DNA of 64,000 bases, taken from a virus. The stretch is from positions 1-64,000 of IMG/VR virus record IMGVR_UViG_3300036715_002535; one strand, 5' to 3'. This document shows, one piece after another, positions 29,535-39,045 of the stretch (within the stretch, counting starts at the first letter, position 1; each line of letters starts with the position of its first letter). Below the pieces are notes generated by a model. The model ran no database searches. It saw nothing but the letters and a program-made list of their open reading frames with translations, and had not been told where the DNA came from. Both the position numbers and the translations under genes were made by a program.

Positions 29535-29594
29535 TTTTTAATTATCAAAGACCAAACCTAATAAGAACTTTTACACTACCTCAACTTTTAACTA

Positions 29595-29625
29595 CCTTGA
29601 CATTTTAAAGAATCTCCTGTATATT
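29595..29625 (+). promoter_or_regulatory. Sigma70-like promoter, non-palindromic relative of the repeated element
   Basis: TTGACA-17 nt-TATATT. Confidence 0.75.
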
Positions 29626-29626
29626 T

Positions 29627-29902
29627 TTGAGTGGAGATGACATGGACCGCGCACCCTACTTTTTCTACGCAATCGAAGATCATGCGAAAGACAAGACGGA
29701 TCCAGTTTTCCTCAAGGGTGGGGTAGAAACCTACACGGTCTTTCGATTCAAGAAGAAACTCGAAATGACCCAGTTCGTCTCCCAAGGTGTTCGAAGAGAT
29801 TCGATTCCGGGTGCTAGCGCCCTAATCCAGAGGCAAGTACGACTTGAGTATGATTGGTTCCAAGCACCAGATGGTTTTGAATTCCTTCTCAAATCGGAGT
29901 AA
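29627..29902 (+). CDS. Hypothetical protein
   Basis: ORF after promoter; true start probably a downstream ATG. Confidence 0.55.
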   Translation: MSGDDMDRAPYFFYAIEDHAKDKTDPVFLKGGVETYTVFRFKKKLEMTQFVSQGVRRDSIPGASALIQRQVRLEYDWFQAPDGFEFLLKSE

Positions 29903-29931
29903 ATCCGGTATAATTTAGAGAAGGGTGACTC

Positions 29932-30315
29932 GTGACTGAACGTTTCAAACTGACTGGCAATGCCCAGATCGATGCGGATCACGATGAGATCTTCAAACTG
30001 TACGATGAGTACGTGGTGTTAGTGCAAGAAGGAAATTACGAGGAGATCAAGAGGGTATTCTACGAGCTCCTCGAATACCTAACTTTCCACTTTATAAGAG
30101 AAGAGGAATTGATGACCCTCATCTCCTACCCAGACATCTCAGATCATCGGCAACATCATTTTCAAATGCAAGAGATTTATCTGTCTCTTGTTCAGCCAGT
30201 TCTGAGTGGGAAAGAAACTAATGCTGAAGTACAAAAGTTCATGGAGCTGCTGAAATCCCACATCGAAAAGCAGGATTCGAAGATTTCAGAGTTCATAGAA
30301 GAACGAAACAAGTAG
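29932..30315 (+). CDS. Bacteriohemerythrin
   Basis: IDADH, HFIREE, HRQHH, HIEKQD: all di-iron ligands present. Confidence 0.88.
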   Translation: MTERFKLTGNAQIDADHDEIFKLYDEYVVLVQEGNYEEIKRVFYELLEYLTFHFIREEELMTLISYPDISDHRQHHFQMQEIYLSLVQPVLSGKETNAEVQKFMELLKSHIEKQDSKISEFIEERNK

Positions 30316-30360
30316 GTTAAATAGACTGAACCGTTTTAACCTCACCCTTCAAGGAGTGTC

Positions 30361-30873
30361 ATGACTGATCTTGCAATCGTCCCCGCCGGTCCGGCCCACG
30401 TCTTTACCCTTCTGTGCGATGACATTCGGCAGGAGATGGGCGGCAAAACTTCCCTGATGGGACTCTACGATGCGCACGTGGTAGTTCCTCAGCTTCCCTT
30501 CACCCTCCCCAAGCTGTGCTTCTTCACCCGGTTCAAGAACCTCGAAGGCAACTGGGTCTTCTCCTTCTCCATCAAGTCTCCCAGCGGAGATGCCCGCAAG
30601 GTGATCGAGGGCTCCGAAGTCGTGATGCCCGAGGGTTCCAAGGACGGTACGTTCAACGTGGTAGCTTCCCCCTTCGAAGTGACCGAAGATGGCATCTACG
30701 AGGCCGAGATGGGTCTCCAGAGCGGTGAGGATCTCCATACCTTCGTCTTCAAGTTCGCTGTGAGCGATGCCAACCGCCTCCAGGCTGAGTACATGGCCGC
30801 TCAGACCAAGGTCCAGGAAGAAGATGATGTCGAGACCACTCCGGCTCCTGAAGCAGCTCCCACCGAAGCCTAA
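30361..30873 (+). CDS. Conserved bacterial-type beta protein (DUF6941-like)
   Basis: LLCDDIRQE.GGK.SL.GLY...P..LPKL; AAGGAG RBS; GC-rich codons. Confidence 0.65.
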   Translation: MTDLAIVPAGPAHVFTLLCDDIRQEMGGKTSLMGLYDAHVVVPQLPFTLPKLCFFTRFKNLEGNWVFSFSIKSPSGDARKVIEGSEVVMPEGSKDGTFNVVASPFEVTEDGIYEAEMGLQSGEDLHTFVFKFAVSDANRLQAEYMAAQTKVQEEDDVETTPAPEAAPTEA

Positions 30874-30888
30874 GACCCCAGCGCCAAT

Positions 30889-30921
30889 GAAAACTCCCTG
30901 GAGATAATCCGGGGAGTTTTC
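30889..30921. terminator. Intrinsic terminator hairpin
   Basis: gaaaactccctgga-gataa-tccggggagttttc. Confidence 0.8.
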
Positions 30922-30972
30922 TTGTATAATTGAATCATGAGAAAAGTCGTCTGGCTGGGTGGGAACAACTAA

Positions 30973-31716
30973 ATGAAACTTCGAATCGTTGCAAGGTACG
31001 AAGCGAAGAAGTACCGGACAAAAACTGGTCTTCCTTTGGACTTCTCTGTAATCTATGACAGCGAGGGTAACAAAAATCGAGGTTGGCAAGTAGATGAGTA
31101 TACCGCATCTATTAAAGGTTCGAAGGTTGGCTACCTCAAAGTCGCTTACATTCCAAGGAAAAGATTCGAAGAGCATTTTCCGAATCTGTTCTTCTGGCTT
31201 GACAAGATCAAAGGGTGGAGTCTTGGACTTCGAACTAGGTACGAAGCGGATGAACCCGATACCTTAGATCTTAAGAGTGAGGAATTCTGGAAACGTTTCG
31301 TGACCTACGCGGACCTCTGGGAATATCGGAATGGTCCGATTCCTGATCTTAAGATTCGAATGCAAGCGATTAAGAAGGTTGAAAAGAAATACAAAAAAGA
31401 GTTTCAACAGTTCATAGACTTCCACGTGGACAAGCCCCTGGTAGATTTCATTCGTACTCGGAACGATGTTCAGTGGGAAAGTAAAGAGTGGGGAGATCAA
31501 GAACGTAAGGACTGGAGACGAAATGGAATCTCCCTGGGCCTTTACGAGTACGCAGCAAGAGAGCTTGGAACTCGTGGGTTGGTTCTTTACGCATCTAGTC
31601 TACAGCAACCAGAAGCGGCAGCGGCCTGGGAAGCTATGAAAGAGAAGGGCTACCCAGTCAAGTCTGAGATGGGGCCTTACGGGAAGATGAGATTTTTCCT
31701 GGACTACCGGCAATAA
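30973..31716 (+). CDS. GNAT-like protein with MKLRIVA leader
   Basis: WRRNGISLGLY resembles acetyl-CoA motif A, followed by ...PEAAAAWEAM. Confidence 0.55.
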   Translation: MKLRIVARYEAKKYRTKTGLPLDFSVIYDSEGNKNRGWQVDEYTASIKGSKVGYLKVAYIPRKRFEEHFPNLFFWLDKIKGWSLGLRTRYEADEPDTLDLKSEEFWKRFVTYADLWEYRNGPIPDLKIRMQAIKKVEKKYKKEFQQFIDFHVDKPLVDFIRTRNDVQWESKEWGDQERKDWRRNGISLGLYEYAARELGTRGLVLYASSLQQPEAAAAWEAMKEKGYPVKSEMGPYGKMRFFLDYRQ

Positions 31717-31766
31717 TAAAGGCTACCCGAAGAAAAAGGTGGTTCTTAATTCTTGCTGGAGGTTTC

Positions 31767-32180
31767 ATGTCCTTGTTTGGACCGAATTTTTCCTTAGGTG
31801 GTGGGCTGTTCGGATTCGGTGGTGGGGACATCACTATCAAATCCAAGCTGTCTGAGATGGTTCCAGAACTGGGAGTCGGTAAAGCCTACAAGCTCTATCT
31901 CAAGCTCAAGGGCTTTGAGAAGATGGGCATCCGGTTCGCATCTGTTAGCGACAAAGAAGACAAACGGCGCCTGTGCATGACCCTCATCGATGGAGAGCTT
32001 CATCTCATCCAAGAAGGGAATCCGGACTTCAAACCAATCGACTGGGAATCTGAAGCGTTCGAACGGTTCCTCGAACCTGCCCTGGACGAAATCAATTCTC
32101 CTCTTCAGCAGGCACTCCTCGAAGATCTACTCACGAAAATGACTGCAGCGCATCTGAAAGAGCTTCTTCGCGACCTCTAA
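31767..32180 (+). CDS. Hypothetical protein
   Basis: GGAGG RBS. Confidence 0.65.
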   Translation: MSLFGPNFSLGGGLFGFGGGDITIKSKLSEMVPELGVGKAYKLYLKLKGFEKMGIRFASVSDKEDKRRLCMTLIDGELHLIQEGNPDFKPIDWESEAFERFLEPALDEINSPLQQALLEDLLTKMTAAHLKELLRDL

Positions 32181-32207
32181 AATAGAGCCTTCCAAATTCA
32201 GAAACTG

Positions 32208-32238
32208 CCCTTGACATTTAAATCGTCAGGGGTATATT
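32208..32238 (+). promoter_or_regulatory. Palindromic promoter element
   Basis: cccttgac-atttaaatc-gtcagggg-tatatt. Confidence 0.85.
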
Positions 32239-32256
32239 TGTATCTGGAGGCCAACC

Positions 32257-32451
32257 ATGACTCATACCAAGACCGTGACCGTGACAGTCCGAATTGAAGC
32301 AGAAGATCTTCAGCAAGATATTACCCTCGATGTCCCCTTCCCAACCGCCTTCTCAGACCTGGAAATTCTGGTTCGCCAGAAGCTGGAGGCCACACTTCCG
32401 AACTTCACCTTCGAAACCCCGGCTCAGATCGAGCTACTTTCCGTCTCATAA
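32257..32451 (+). CDS. Small hypothetical protein
   Basis: GGAGG RBS directly after promoter. Confidence 0.65.
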   Translation: MTHTKTVTVTVRIEAEDLQQDITLDVPFPTAFSDLEILVRQKLEATLPNFTFETPAQIELLSVS

Positions 32452-32461
32452 AGGAGATCCC

Positions 32462-34072
32462 ATGAAAAATCTGTTCCTCGCACTTTCCATCATCGCCCTC
32501 ATCGCCTGCGGCGGAGGCGGTGGATCCACCCCTACCCCGACTCCCACGCCTACCCCGACCAAGGTTGGGGTGTTCCGCTTGCCCAAGGGAACCCCTTCGG
32601 CTTCCGTGCAGGCCAAGGAAAACGCCTACGTCGCTGCGGCCTCGGGCAATACTTCCATCCAGATGACCTACCCTCGGAAGAACCACAAGTCGGCTCTGCT
32701 CAAGCAGGGTCAGGTCCTTCTCCTGGGCGGCGAGTTCATCCTTCCTCCTGCTGGGTACGTGGGTGCCGGTCAGTACGAGGACAAGAGCTACGGAGACATC
32801 TTCGACAGCAAGACCGAGCTGTTCCATCCTTCCGCGGCCACCTTCGCCCTGAAGTACGTGTACGATCACGATACCTCCTTCGCAATGATCCCCCTTCCGG
32901 ATGGCCGGGTTGTCCTGGCGGGTGGTTCCAGCGTTCAGAATGGGGCCTACCAGAAAAATGGGTCCAACTCCATCGAGATCTACGATCCCTCGAGCGATAC
33001 TGCAACCGAGCTGACCAACGTGCTTCCGGATACAATCTGGAGTGTGGAGTCCGGCTACTACCTGAACGCTCACCAGGTGCTCCTGAATGGGTTGAAGAAG
33101 GCCAACTCGGATGAGTTCCTGACCTACTCCCTCCTGTTCGACCTCGACAGCCATAACGCAGTAACCAACGTCACCATGATCGACAATCCCTACACCTACG
33201 CGGATGGCATGAGCTTCCAGGATTCCAATGGGGATGTCTACTTCCTAGGCGGTCGGAAGTGGGATGCCTCAACCACCTACAGTGACATCGTGATGATCAG
33301 CGCTTCGGATGTCCATGCGGGTCGCGGCGCCTTCAATCGGGTCGGCAACCTCCTCACTCCCAAGTACGGCGCCGGCATTGTGGTCCTCAACAACAAGGAG
33401 GTAGGCATCTATGGTGGCTACCAGATTCAGTCTGGAACCGTCACGCGCTACGCTGAGGTTGAGGTCCTGAATACCAAGACCATGACTTCCACTTCCAAGA
33501 GTGCCCTCCTCTCCCAGGTGGGTTGGCTCACTTCCGTCCTGCTCCAGGGTGATGGCTATACCTTCCACGCTGGCGGTGTTGATGCTACCGGATTCACTGC
33601 CAACGCGGAATACGTCCACAATGCCGAGAAGAATATTTCTGGCTCGACTGGCACCATGGTGGAACCTCGCCGCTTCCATAACGTGGTCGCTCTGAACAAT
33701 GGTCAGGTGCTCATTACTGGTGGAGAAACCCAGCTGAACAACTCCAATGGGGTGGTCAGTCTGAAGAAGACCGCCGAGCTCTACGATCCCCAGTCCAAGC
33801 TCTACATCACCTTCCCCACCGACCAGATCCAGCAGAACACTACCACCCAGTTCCTTTGCGATGGTCAGCTGAACACCAATATCAACTGGTCAGTCGTTCG
33901 CGAGGATGGAGTCACCACTGGTAACGGTACGGGCACCATCGACACCAACGGCCTCTATACCGCTCCCTCGTCCGTGAGCCAGGACCGAGTGATTGTGGTG
34001 ACCGCCGCCCTCAAGGATGGTTCGTCTTCGGCTTCCATCCGCATCAAGCTGCTGGCCCCTGTCACCCTGTAA
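32462..34072 (+). CDS. Lipoprotein with kelch/galactose-oxidase-like propeller and C-terminal Ig-like domain
   Basis: MKNLFLALSIIALIA-C lipobox, (TP)n linker, repeated G.VL..GG...E.YDP; AAGGAG RBS. Confidence 0.85.
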   Translation: MKNLFLALSIIALIACGGGGGSTPTPTPTPTPTKVGVFRLPKGTPSASVQAKENAYVAAASGNTSIQMTYPRKNHKSALLKQGQVLLLGGEFILPPAGYVGAGQYEDKSYGDIFDSKTELFHPSAATFALKYVYDHDTSFAMIPLPDGRVVLAGGSSVQNGAYQKNGSNSIEIYDPSSDTATELTNVLPDTIWSVESGYYLNAHQVLLNGLKKANSDEFLTYSLLFDLDSHNAVTNVTMIDNPYTYADGMSFQDSNGDVYFLGGRKWDASTTYSDIVMISASDVHAGRGAFNRVGNLLTPKYGAGIVVLNNKEVGIYGGYQIQSGTVTRYAEVEVLNTKTMTSTSKSALLSQVGWLTSVLLQGDGYTFHAGGVDATGFTANAEYVHNAEKNISGSTGTMVEPRRFHNVVALNNGQVLITGGETQLNNSNGVVSLKKTAELYDPQSKLYITFPTDQIQQNTTTQFLCDGQLNTNINWSVVREDGVTTGNGTGTIDTNGLYTAPSSVSQDRVIVVTAALKDGSSSASIRIKLLAPVTL

Positions 34073-34086
34073 GACCCAGTTCCACA

Positions 34087-34125
34087 AAATATGCCCTTGA
34101 CATTTAAACCGTCAAGGGCATATTT
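34087..34125 (+). promoter_or_regulatory. Palindromic promoter element, extended 15-bp arms
   Basis: aaatatgcccttgac-9 nt-gtcaagggcatattt. Confidence 0.85.
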
Positions 34126-34129
34126 AATT

Positions 34130-35530
34130 ATGGTGAAATTAGAGAACGTCCAACCAGTCCTTGAAGCCATCCGGAACGCGGGTGGCATTCCTATGATCGT
34201 TGGCGGATTCGTTCGCGACCACGTGCTTGGAATAGACTCCAAAGACATCGATATCGAGGTTTACAAAATGACCTCGGACCAGCTTGCCGCCGTTTTAAGC
34301 CGGCATGGGAAGTCGGAAACCGTTGGTGCCTCATATGGGGTCATGAAGCTTTGGATGGATGGGCAGGACTACGACTTCACCCTTCCTCGGCGCGACAACA
34401 AGTGTGGTAGGAACCACAAGGACTTCACGGTCGAGATCGATCCAAATATGACATTCGAGGAGGCAGCTTCTCGACGGGACTTTACCTTCAATTCAATCTC
34501 CATGTGCCCCTTTGCCATGCGGGTCGAAGATCCTTTCAATGGCCTGGAGGATTTGGAGAAGGGTCTCATCCGTCATACTTCCATGGCCTTCGTTGAGGAC
34601 CCTCTTCGGGTTCTTCGTGGCATGCAGTTTGCTGGTCGGTTCGATTTCGAGGTGACTTCTGAAACTTCGAAACTCTGCCAGTCCATGTTCGATACCTACG
34701 ACGCTCTTGCCAAGGAGCGGGTGTGGGTCGAATGGGAAAAGTGGGCGACCAAGTCCATCAAGCCTTCCGCTGGAATTCGCTTCCTTGATCAGACTGGCTG
34801 GTTGAAGCACTTCCCTCAGATCGAAGCGCTCAAGGGTATCCCGCAGGATCCCATCTGGCACCCTGAAGGCGATGTCTTTGTGCACACCATGCACGTTGTG
34901 GATGCTGCAGCTCAGATCGCAAAGGACTTCGTTCCGGAAGAGCGCCTCATCACAGTCATGGCGGCTCTCTGCCACGACTTTGGAAAGGTCACCAACACCG
35001 CCTACTTCGGCAAGTTCTCAACCCGCGCTGATGGCACCCAGTTTGAGGTCGAAGGACCTCGTTTCCGTAGTCATGGGCACGAAGCTGCCGGTGAGGATCC
35101 CACTAAGGTGTTCCTCGAAGGTATCGGCGCTCCTCAGCACCTCATCGCAAAGATCGTCCCCCTCGTTACCAACCATCTGGCTCACTGCACCTTCCAAGGT
35201 GAAGCGCCTACTCCTCGGTCTGTTCGCCGGTTGGCCGTTCGACTTCATCCGGCTACCATCGATCAGCTCATCCCTGTCATCCACGCGGATGCCGCTGGGC
35301 GTCCACCCCTTTCGCAGGAACTCCCTACTACGGCAGTCCAGCTCCAGGAGATGGCAAAGCATGTAAGGGTCGCAGATGGTCAGCCGAAGCCGATCGTGAT
35401 GGGACGAGATCTCATCAAGGCCGGTATCAGGCCTGGACCTGAAATGGGACAGATCCTCTCCAAGTTGTACGAGTTGCAGCTTGATGGTGCCTTCGATAAC
35501 GTAGAAGACGGACTGACCTACGTTAAATAA
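34130..35530 (+). CDS. cca: CCA-adding tRNA nucleotidyltransferase with HD domain
   Basis: VGGFVRD, DIDIE, RRDFTFN, EDPLRVLR, HPEGDV, LCHDFGK. Confidence 0.92.
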   Translation: MVKLENVQPVLEAIRNAGGIPMIVGGFVRDHVLGIDSKDIDIEVYKMTSDQLAAVLSRHGKSETVGASYGVMKLWMDGQDYDFTLPRRDNKCGRNHKDFTVEIDPNMTFEEAASRRDFTFNSISMCPFAMRVEDPFNGLEDLEKGLIRHTSMAFVEDPLRVLRGMQFAGRFDFEVTSETSKLCQSMFDTYDALAKERVWVEWEKWATKSIKPSAGIRFLDQTGWLKHFPQIEALKGIPQDPIWHPEGDVFVHTMHVVDAAAQIAKDFVPEERLITVMAALCHDFGKVTNTAYFGKFSTRADGTQFEVEGPRFRSHGHEAAGEDPTKVFLEGIGAPQHLIAKIVPLVTNHLAHCTFQGEAPTPRSVRRLAVRLHPATIDQLIPVIHADAAGRPPLSQELPTTAVQLQEMAKHVRVADGQPKPIVMGRDLIKAGIRPGPEMGQILSKLYELQLDGAFDNVEDGLTYVK

Positions 35531-35568
35531 TTTGAAGGTAACGTAGAATATGAAAGGGAGGTCCTCGA

Positions 35569-35901
35569 ATGGTAAGAACTGCTGAAGACTTCAAAAAAGC
35601 TTACAACAGATTTAAAGCTCTAAGGGACCAGAACGGATTCGAGTCCTGGTGGTCCATGTACGAAATTCCGGATATGAATTCTGTTGCATTTCCGGGAAAG
35701 TACAAAGTAGCCTACGTGGATCACTGGGGAGGAAGCCCTCCGGATTCTATCTTGGTTGAAAATCCAACTTGGATGGATCTCTGGAAGGCAGCGGATACGC
35801 TAATCAAAAAATCTGGAGATGCCCACCACATCTTCATAGAAGATTTTCGGCCCGAGGTGAAAGACAATGGTAACTTCCTCTTTCTAGTGACGGGGAGCTG
35901 A
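35569..35901 (+). CDS. Hypothetical protein
   Basis: GGAGG RBS; SGDAHHIFIE. Confidence 0.65.
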   Translation: MVRTAEDFKKAYNRFKALRDQNGFESWWSMYEIPDMNSVAFPGKYKVAYVDHWGGSPPDSILVENPTWMDLWKAADTLIKKSGDAHHIFIEDFRPEVKDNGNFLFLVTGS

Positions 35902-35902
35902 G

Positions 35903-36103
35903 GTGAAATTCAAAGTTGTAGGAACTCGGAAGGTTGGAACTTGGGTAGTTCACCATGGCCCCATGAACATCGACAAGTTCAAGTCTGCAATGGATTCTAT
36001 CTTCGAAGAGTTCAAGAAGGAACACGAAGACAAGGAACTCTCATTCGATGACTGGATGCTCCGGTTTGAGAAGTGGCTCCGCAAGGAGGGACTTCTCCAG
36101 TGA
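35903..36103 (+). CDS. Small protein with MKFKVV leader
   Basis: Operon position, shared leader. Confidence 0.65.
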   Translation: MKFKVVGTRKVGTWVVHHGPMNIDKFKSAMDSIFEEFKKEHEDKELSFDDWMLRFEKWLRKEGLLQ

Positions 36104-36489
36104 AGCTTCGAATCGTCGCCAACCTCAAAAAGTCCACAGCGGAAATCCAATACGACTATATTGGTGGACCAAATGATGGCGACTGGATCTTCGATGTGGT
36201 TGATTCCCATCTCGAGGGTGGTTACGAAGTACCTGCCAGATTGCACGGTCACCCGGATTCCTGGGCACCTGCAGAAGGTAAAAATCCAACGGTTGATGCA
36301 ACTCTTCACCTTTGGGTGTGGCCTGAAGAGAAGCAGAACGTAGAGCCGGACCCCAACCGTCCAGATTACGTGATTGAAATCAAAGACGATCGAATCGTTC
36401 CAGATCGCGGTAAATATTACCCTAAAGGTGTGGAAGACTTTATCTACGAAACGATCATTCCAGGAATCATTCAAAAGGGTCTTCGATGA
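36100..36489 (+). CDS. Hypothetical protein with MKLRIVANLKKS leader
   Basis: GTGA overlap, AAGGAGG RBS. Confidence 0.7.
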   Translation: MKLRIVANLKKSTAEIQYDYIGGPNDGDWIFDVVDSHLEGGYEVPARLHGHPDSWAPAEGKNPTVDATLHLWVWPEEKQNVEPDPNRPDYVIEIKDDRIVPDRGKYYPKGVEDFIYETIIPGIIQKGLR

Positions 36490-36836
36490 AACTCCACATC
36501 AAAGCCAAGTACGTAGCCAAGTCCCCTCGCAAGCCCAAGTGGGACCCTTCGATCAAGCACAAGAAGGAAACCAAGGTCATCCTACCTGACATCCAGATCA
36601 AGGGGATCTACCAGGACCTCGTGGCCGATGTGGTGCTGGATCCAACCTCCGGCGGTTACGATGCCGTGGTGGAGATCATGGGCACCAAGGTCAAGGGCTG
36701 GGGACTGAAGATCAAAGACGCGCAGAAGGCTCTGATCGAGAACGTTGAAGAGCTTTCGAAAGAGCTGGGTTGGGACAAGGCTCCCACGACTGCTGGAATG
36801 AAGGGCATCACCATCATCTTCCGCTACCACGAGTGA
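36486..36836 (+). CDS. Hypothetical protein with MKLHIKA leader
   Basis: ATGA overlap. Confidence 0.7.
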   Translation: MKLHIKAKYVAKSPRKPKWDPSIKHKKETKVILPDIQIKGIYQDLVADVVLDPTSGGYDAVVEIMGTKVKGWGLKIKDAQKALIENVEELSKELGWDKAPTTAGMKGITIIFRYHE

Positions 36837-37144
36837 TCCGCTGGTTCTGGCTTCTACTTGCAACGGCTCTTGAGGTCTTCGCAGATTATCTTTTGAAGCG
36901 TTGGTCTCTGGGAGCTGGAACCAAGTTTGCGATCTCTGGTTTCCTAATCTACGGAATCGGCGGTATCGGTTGGGGTTACTTGCTGCGGCATGAAACTCTT
37001 CAACGTGCCATTGTTCTGTTCGTTGCTGTAAACGTATTCGCGGTCATTGTAATGGGCCACTACGTCTTTGGCGAACGTATGTCGATCAAGGAGCTTGCTG
37101 CCGCCATTCTGGTAGTCCTAGCGGTAGCTTTGACAGAATATTAA
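36833..37144 (+). CDS. SMR/DMT family small membrane transporter
   Basis: Four hydrophobic segments, membrane Glu in WLLLATALEV, G..VFGE. Confidence 0.75.
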   Translation: MIRWFWLLLATALEVFADYLLKRWSLGAGTKFAISGFLIYGIGGIGWGYLLRHETLQRAIVLFVAVNVFAVIVMGHYVFGERMSIKELAAAILVVLAVALTEY

Positions 37145-37157
37145 TTCTTCGGAATTG

Positions 37158-37188
37158 CCCTTGACATTTTTATTGTCAAGGGTATATT
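37158..37188 (+). promoter_or_regulatory. Palindromic promoter element
   Basis: cccttgac-atttttatt-gtcaaggg-tatatt. Confidence 0.88.
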
Positions 37189-37205
37189 TTTATCTGGAGG
37201 GTTTA

Positions 37206-38842
37206 ATGTTCCGAAACGTTCCCAGGAAGCAAGGACAGAAGACGCCCAAGCCGAATCGGGATCCTCTCCGCGCCATCGTTGGTCGGGAGATGAGGGAACT
37301 GAGCCCTGGTGGAACGAGCGTACCCCATGAGATCCTTGAGTGTGGGCATGCTCAGCTCCCTGTCGAGGACTTCATTGGTAAGACCAATGCCGTGCGGCGC
37401 CGTTGCTGGCAGTGTGGGAGAAACGATGGGAAGTAGGGTCATCGAACTCTCCGAAAAAGATAAGATCCGCATCTGCCGGGACCATCTCAGCAAGCTTGCA
37501 ATGATTCACCTGCGCCGTATGGAGAAGCAGTGCGGAATTGCTGACGATGAATTGCTTTCCAAGAAGTGCTATTTCTTTTACAAGGTCTCGGATCTGATCG
37601 AAACCAATTCGGAGCTTCGTAAGAGGGTTTTCAAGAAAGCCTTGGCGAAGCGCCTTTCCGATTCCTGTTACATTGACTACTGAGGTCACCGTGAAACTTC
37701 TCGGCAACGGAATCTTCTCCTGGGGAGCGGAGGAGCGGAGGAGTAACCGCTATGGGTCATTCAACCTCTGTAGTGAGTCCTACAAGGGAGAGACCCCTGG
37801 CAAGGCGCCAGAGTTCACCTCGGATCTCCACCGCCTCGTCCACAAGCGGGTGAAGCTGATGGTTCGGGTCACCGAAACTCGGCAGAGCGGTCACGTTGGG
37901 GACCTGGCCCTGAGGATCAAGCCCACGACTCCTGAGGTCGGCCAAGAGTTCATCCTGGGCGTGGGCATTCTTCAGCTCGAGCCTTGCTCCTGGGATTCCC
38001 TTTCCAGTATCGCCCTGATTCCCAAGGACCGACGATCTGATCTGTGGATCGATCCCAGGATCCTCTACCAGATCCATGATCAAACTGTCGAGCTCTACGG
38101 GGAAGAGACCGAAGAGGATTTCCACGAAGCTCCTGGGATCGAATTTGAAGAGGGTGCTATCTCTCTTGGCGAGATCGGAATTCAGGCCAAGAAGATCTGT
38201 GCCATTTCAATTCCACCCAAGATCAAGGAAATGGGTCGGGGTATGCTTGCCGTCACCTATGAAGCACCTGCCGAAGGAACCAAGATGAGGAAGGCTTCAG
38301 ATGGCCGAATCACTTGGGAACCTTAGTAAATTCTTCAACACCCGGTTATCTAAAGTGCCAGAAACTGGCAATTCTACTTACGAGGTCACAGTGAGACTTC
38401 TTTGCGTTCTACAAGGTCATCGGTTTGAGACCCTCCGAGAAGAATGGATCAAGCCAGAAGATCCCAAGGGATTTACCTCCCTCCTTCGGTTCGATGAGTG
38501 CCGCCATTGCCACGATGTGCGAGCGACCATCACCCACCCCGAAGATCACAAGTCACGCTGGAGCATCGCCAACCGCGTGGATCATCGCACCATGACCGAC
38601 GACGAGAAGGGAATGGCACCAGCATGACACGAGCAGAGAAGGTCGCGGAGCTCCTGGGTTTGGAGCACGGATTCCACTACTCCCACATCATTGGAGATGT
38701 CATCTGTGGTGTGAAGACTGATGGTGAACCCTTAGTCAAGGATCCCAAGATCTACGACTGGCTTGGAAAGAACAAGCTGAAGCTCCAGATTACCTGCCCA
38801 CGTATCGGCTTCGAGAACATTACGGTCGAAGACGATAAATAG
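37206..38842 (+). other. Operon of five small hypothetical genes (starts about 37206, 37426, 37673, 38301, 38624)
   Basis: Contiguous or overlapping ORFs behind the promoter element. Confidence 0.6.
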
Positions 38843-38873
38843 CCCTTGACATTTTAATCGTCAAGGGTATATT
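38843..38873 (+). promoter_or_regulatory. Palindromic promoter element
   Basis: cccttgac-attttaatc-gtcaaggg-tatatt. Confidence 0.88.
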
Positions 38874-38892
38874 AGTGGGAAGGAGGTAATCC

Positions 38893-39045
38893 ATGCGTTT
38901 CCTTTTCACTCTCTTGCTGATGGCAGCTTGCACAGTCGCCGGTTACCAGTACGGAGTCAATCCCAAGTTCAATCAGAAGGTTCGCGAGAACGCTTACAAG
39001 GCCAAGGTCGCAACCAAGGCCAGCATCGACAAGATCTTCTCATGA
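38893..39045 (+). CDS. 50-aa membrane-anchored peptide
   Basis: AGGAGGT RBS; MRFLFTLLLMAACTVAG...; not in ORF track. Confidence 0.7.
   Translation: MRFLFTLLLMAACTVAGYQYGVNPKFNQKVRENAYKAKVATKASIDKIFS

Noticed and set aside
34091-37205. ORF-track N-termini MPLTF... at 34091 and 37155 (also 62728) as a shared peptide motif
   Set aside because: They are translations of the promoter element; true starts are downstream.
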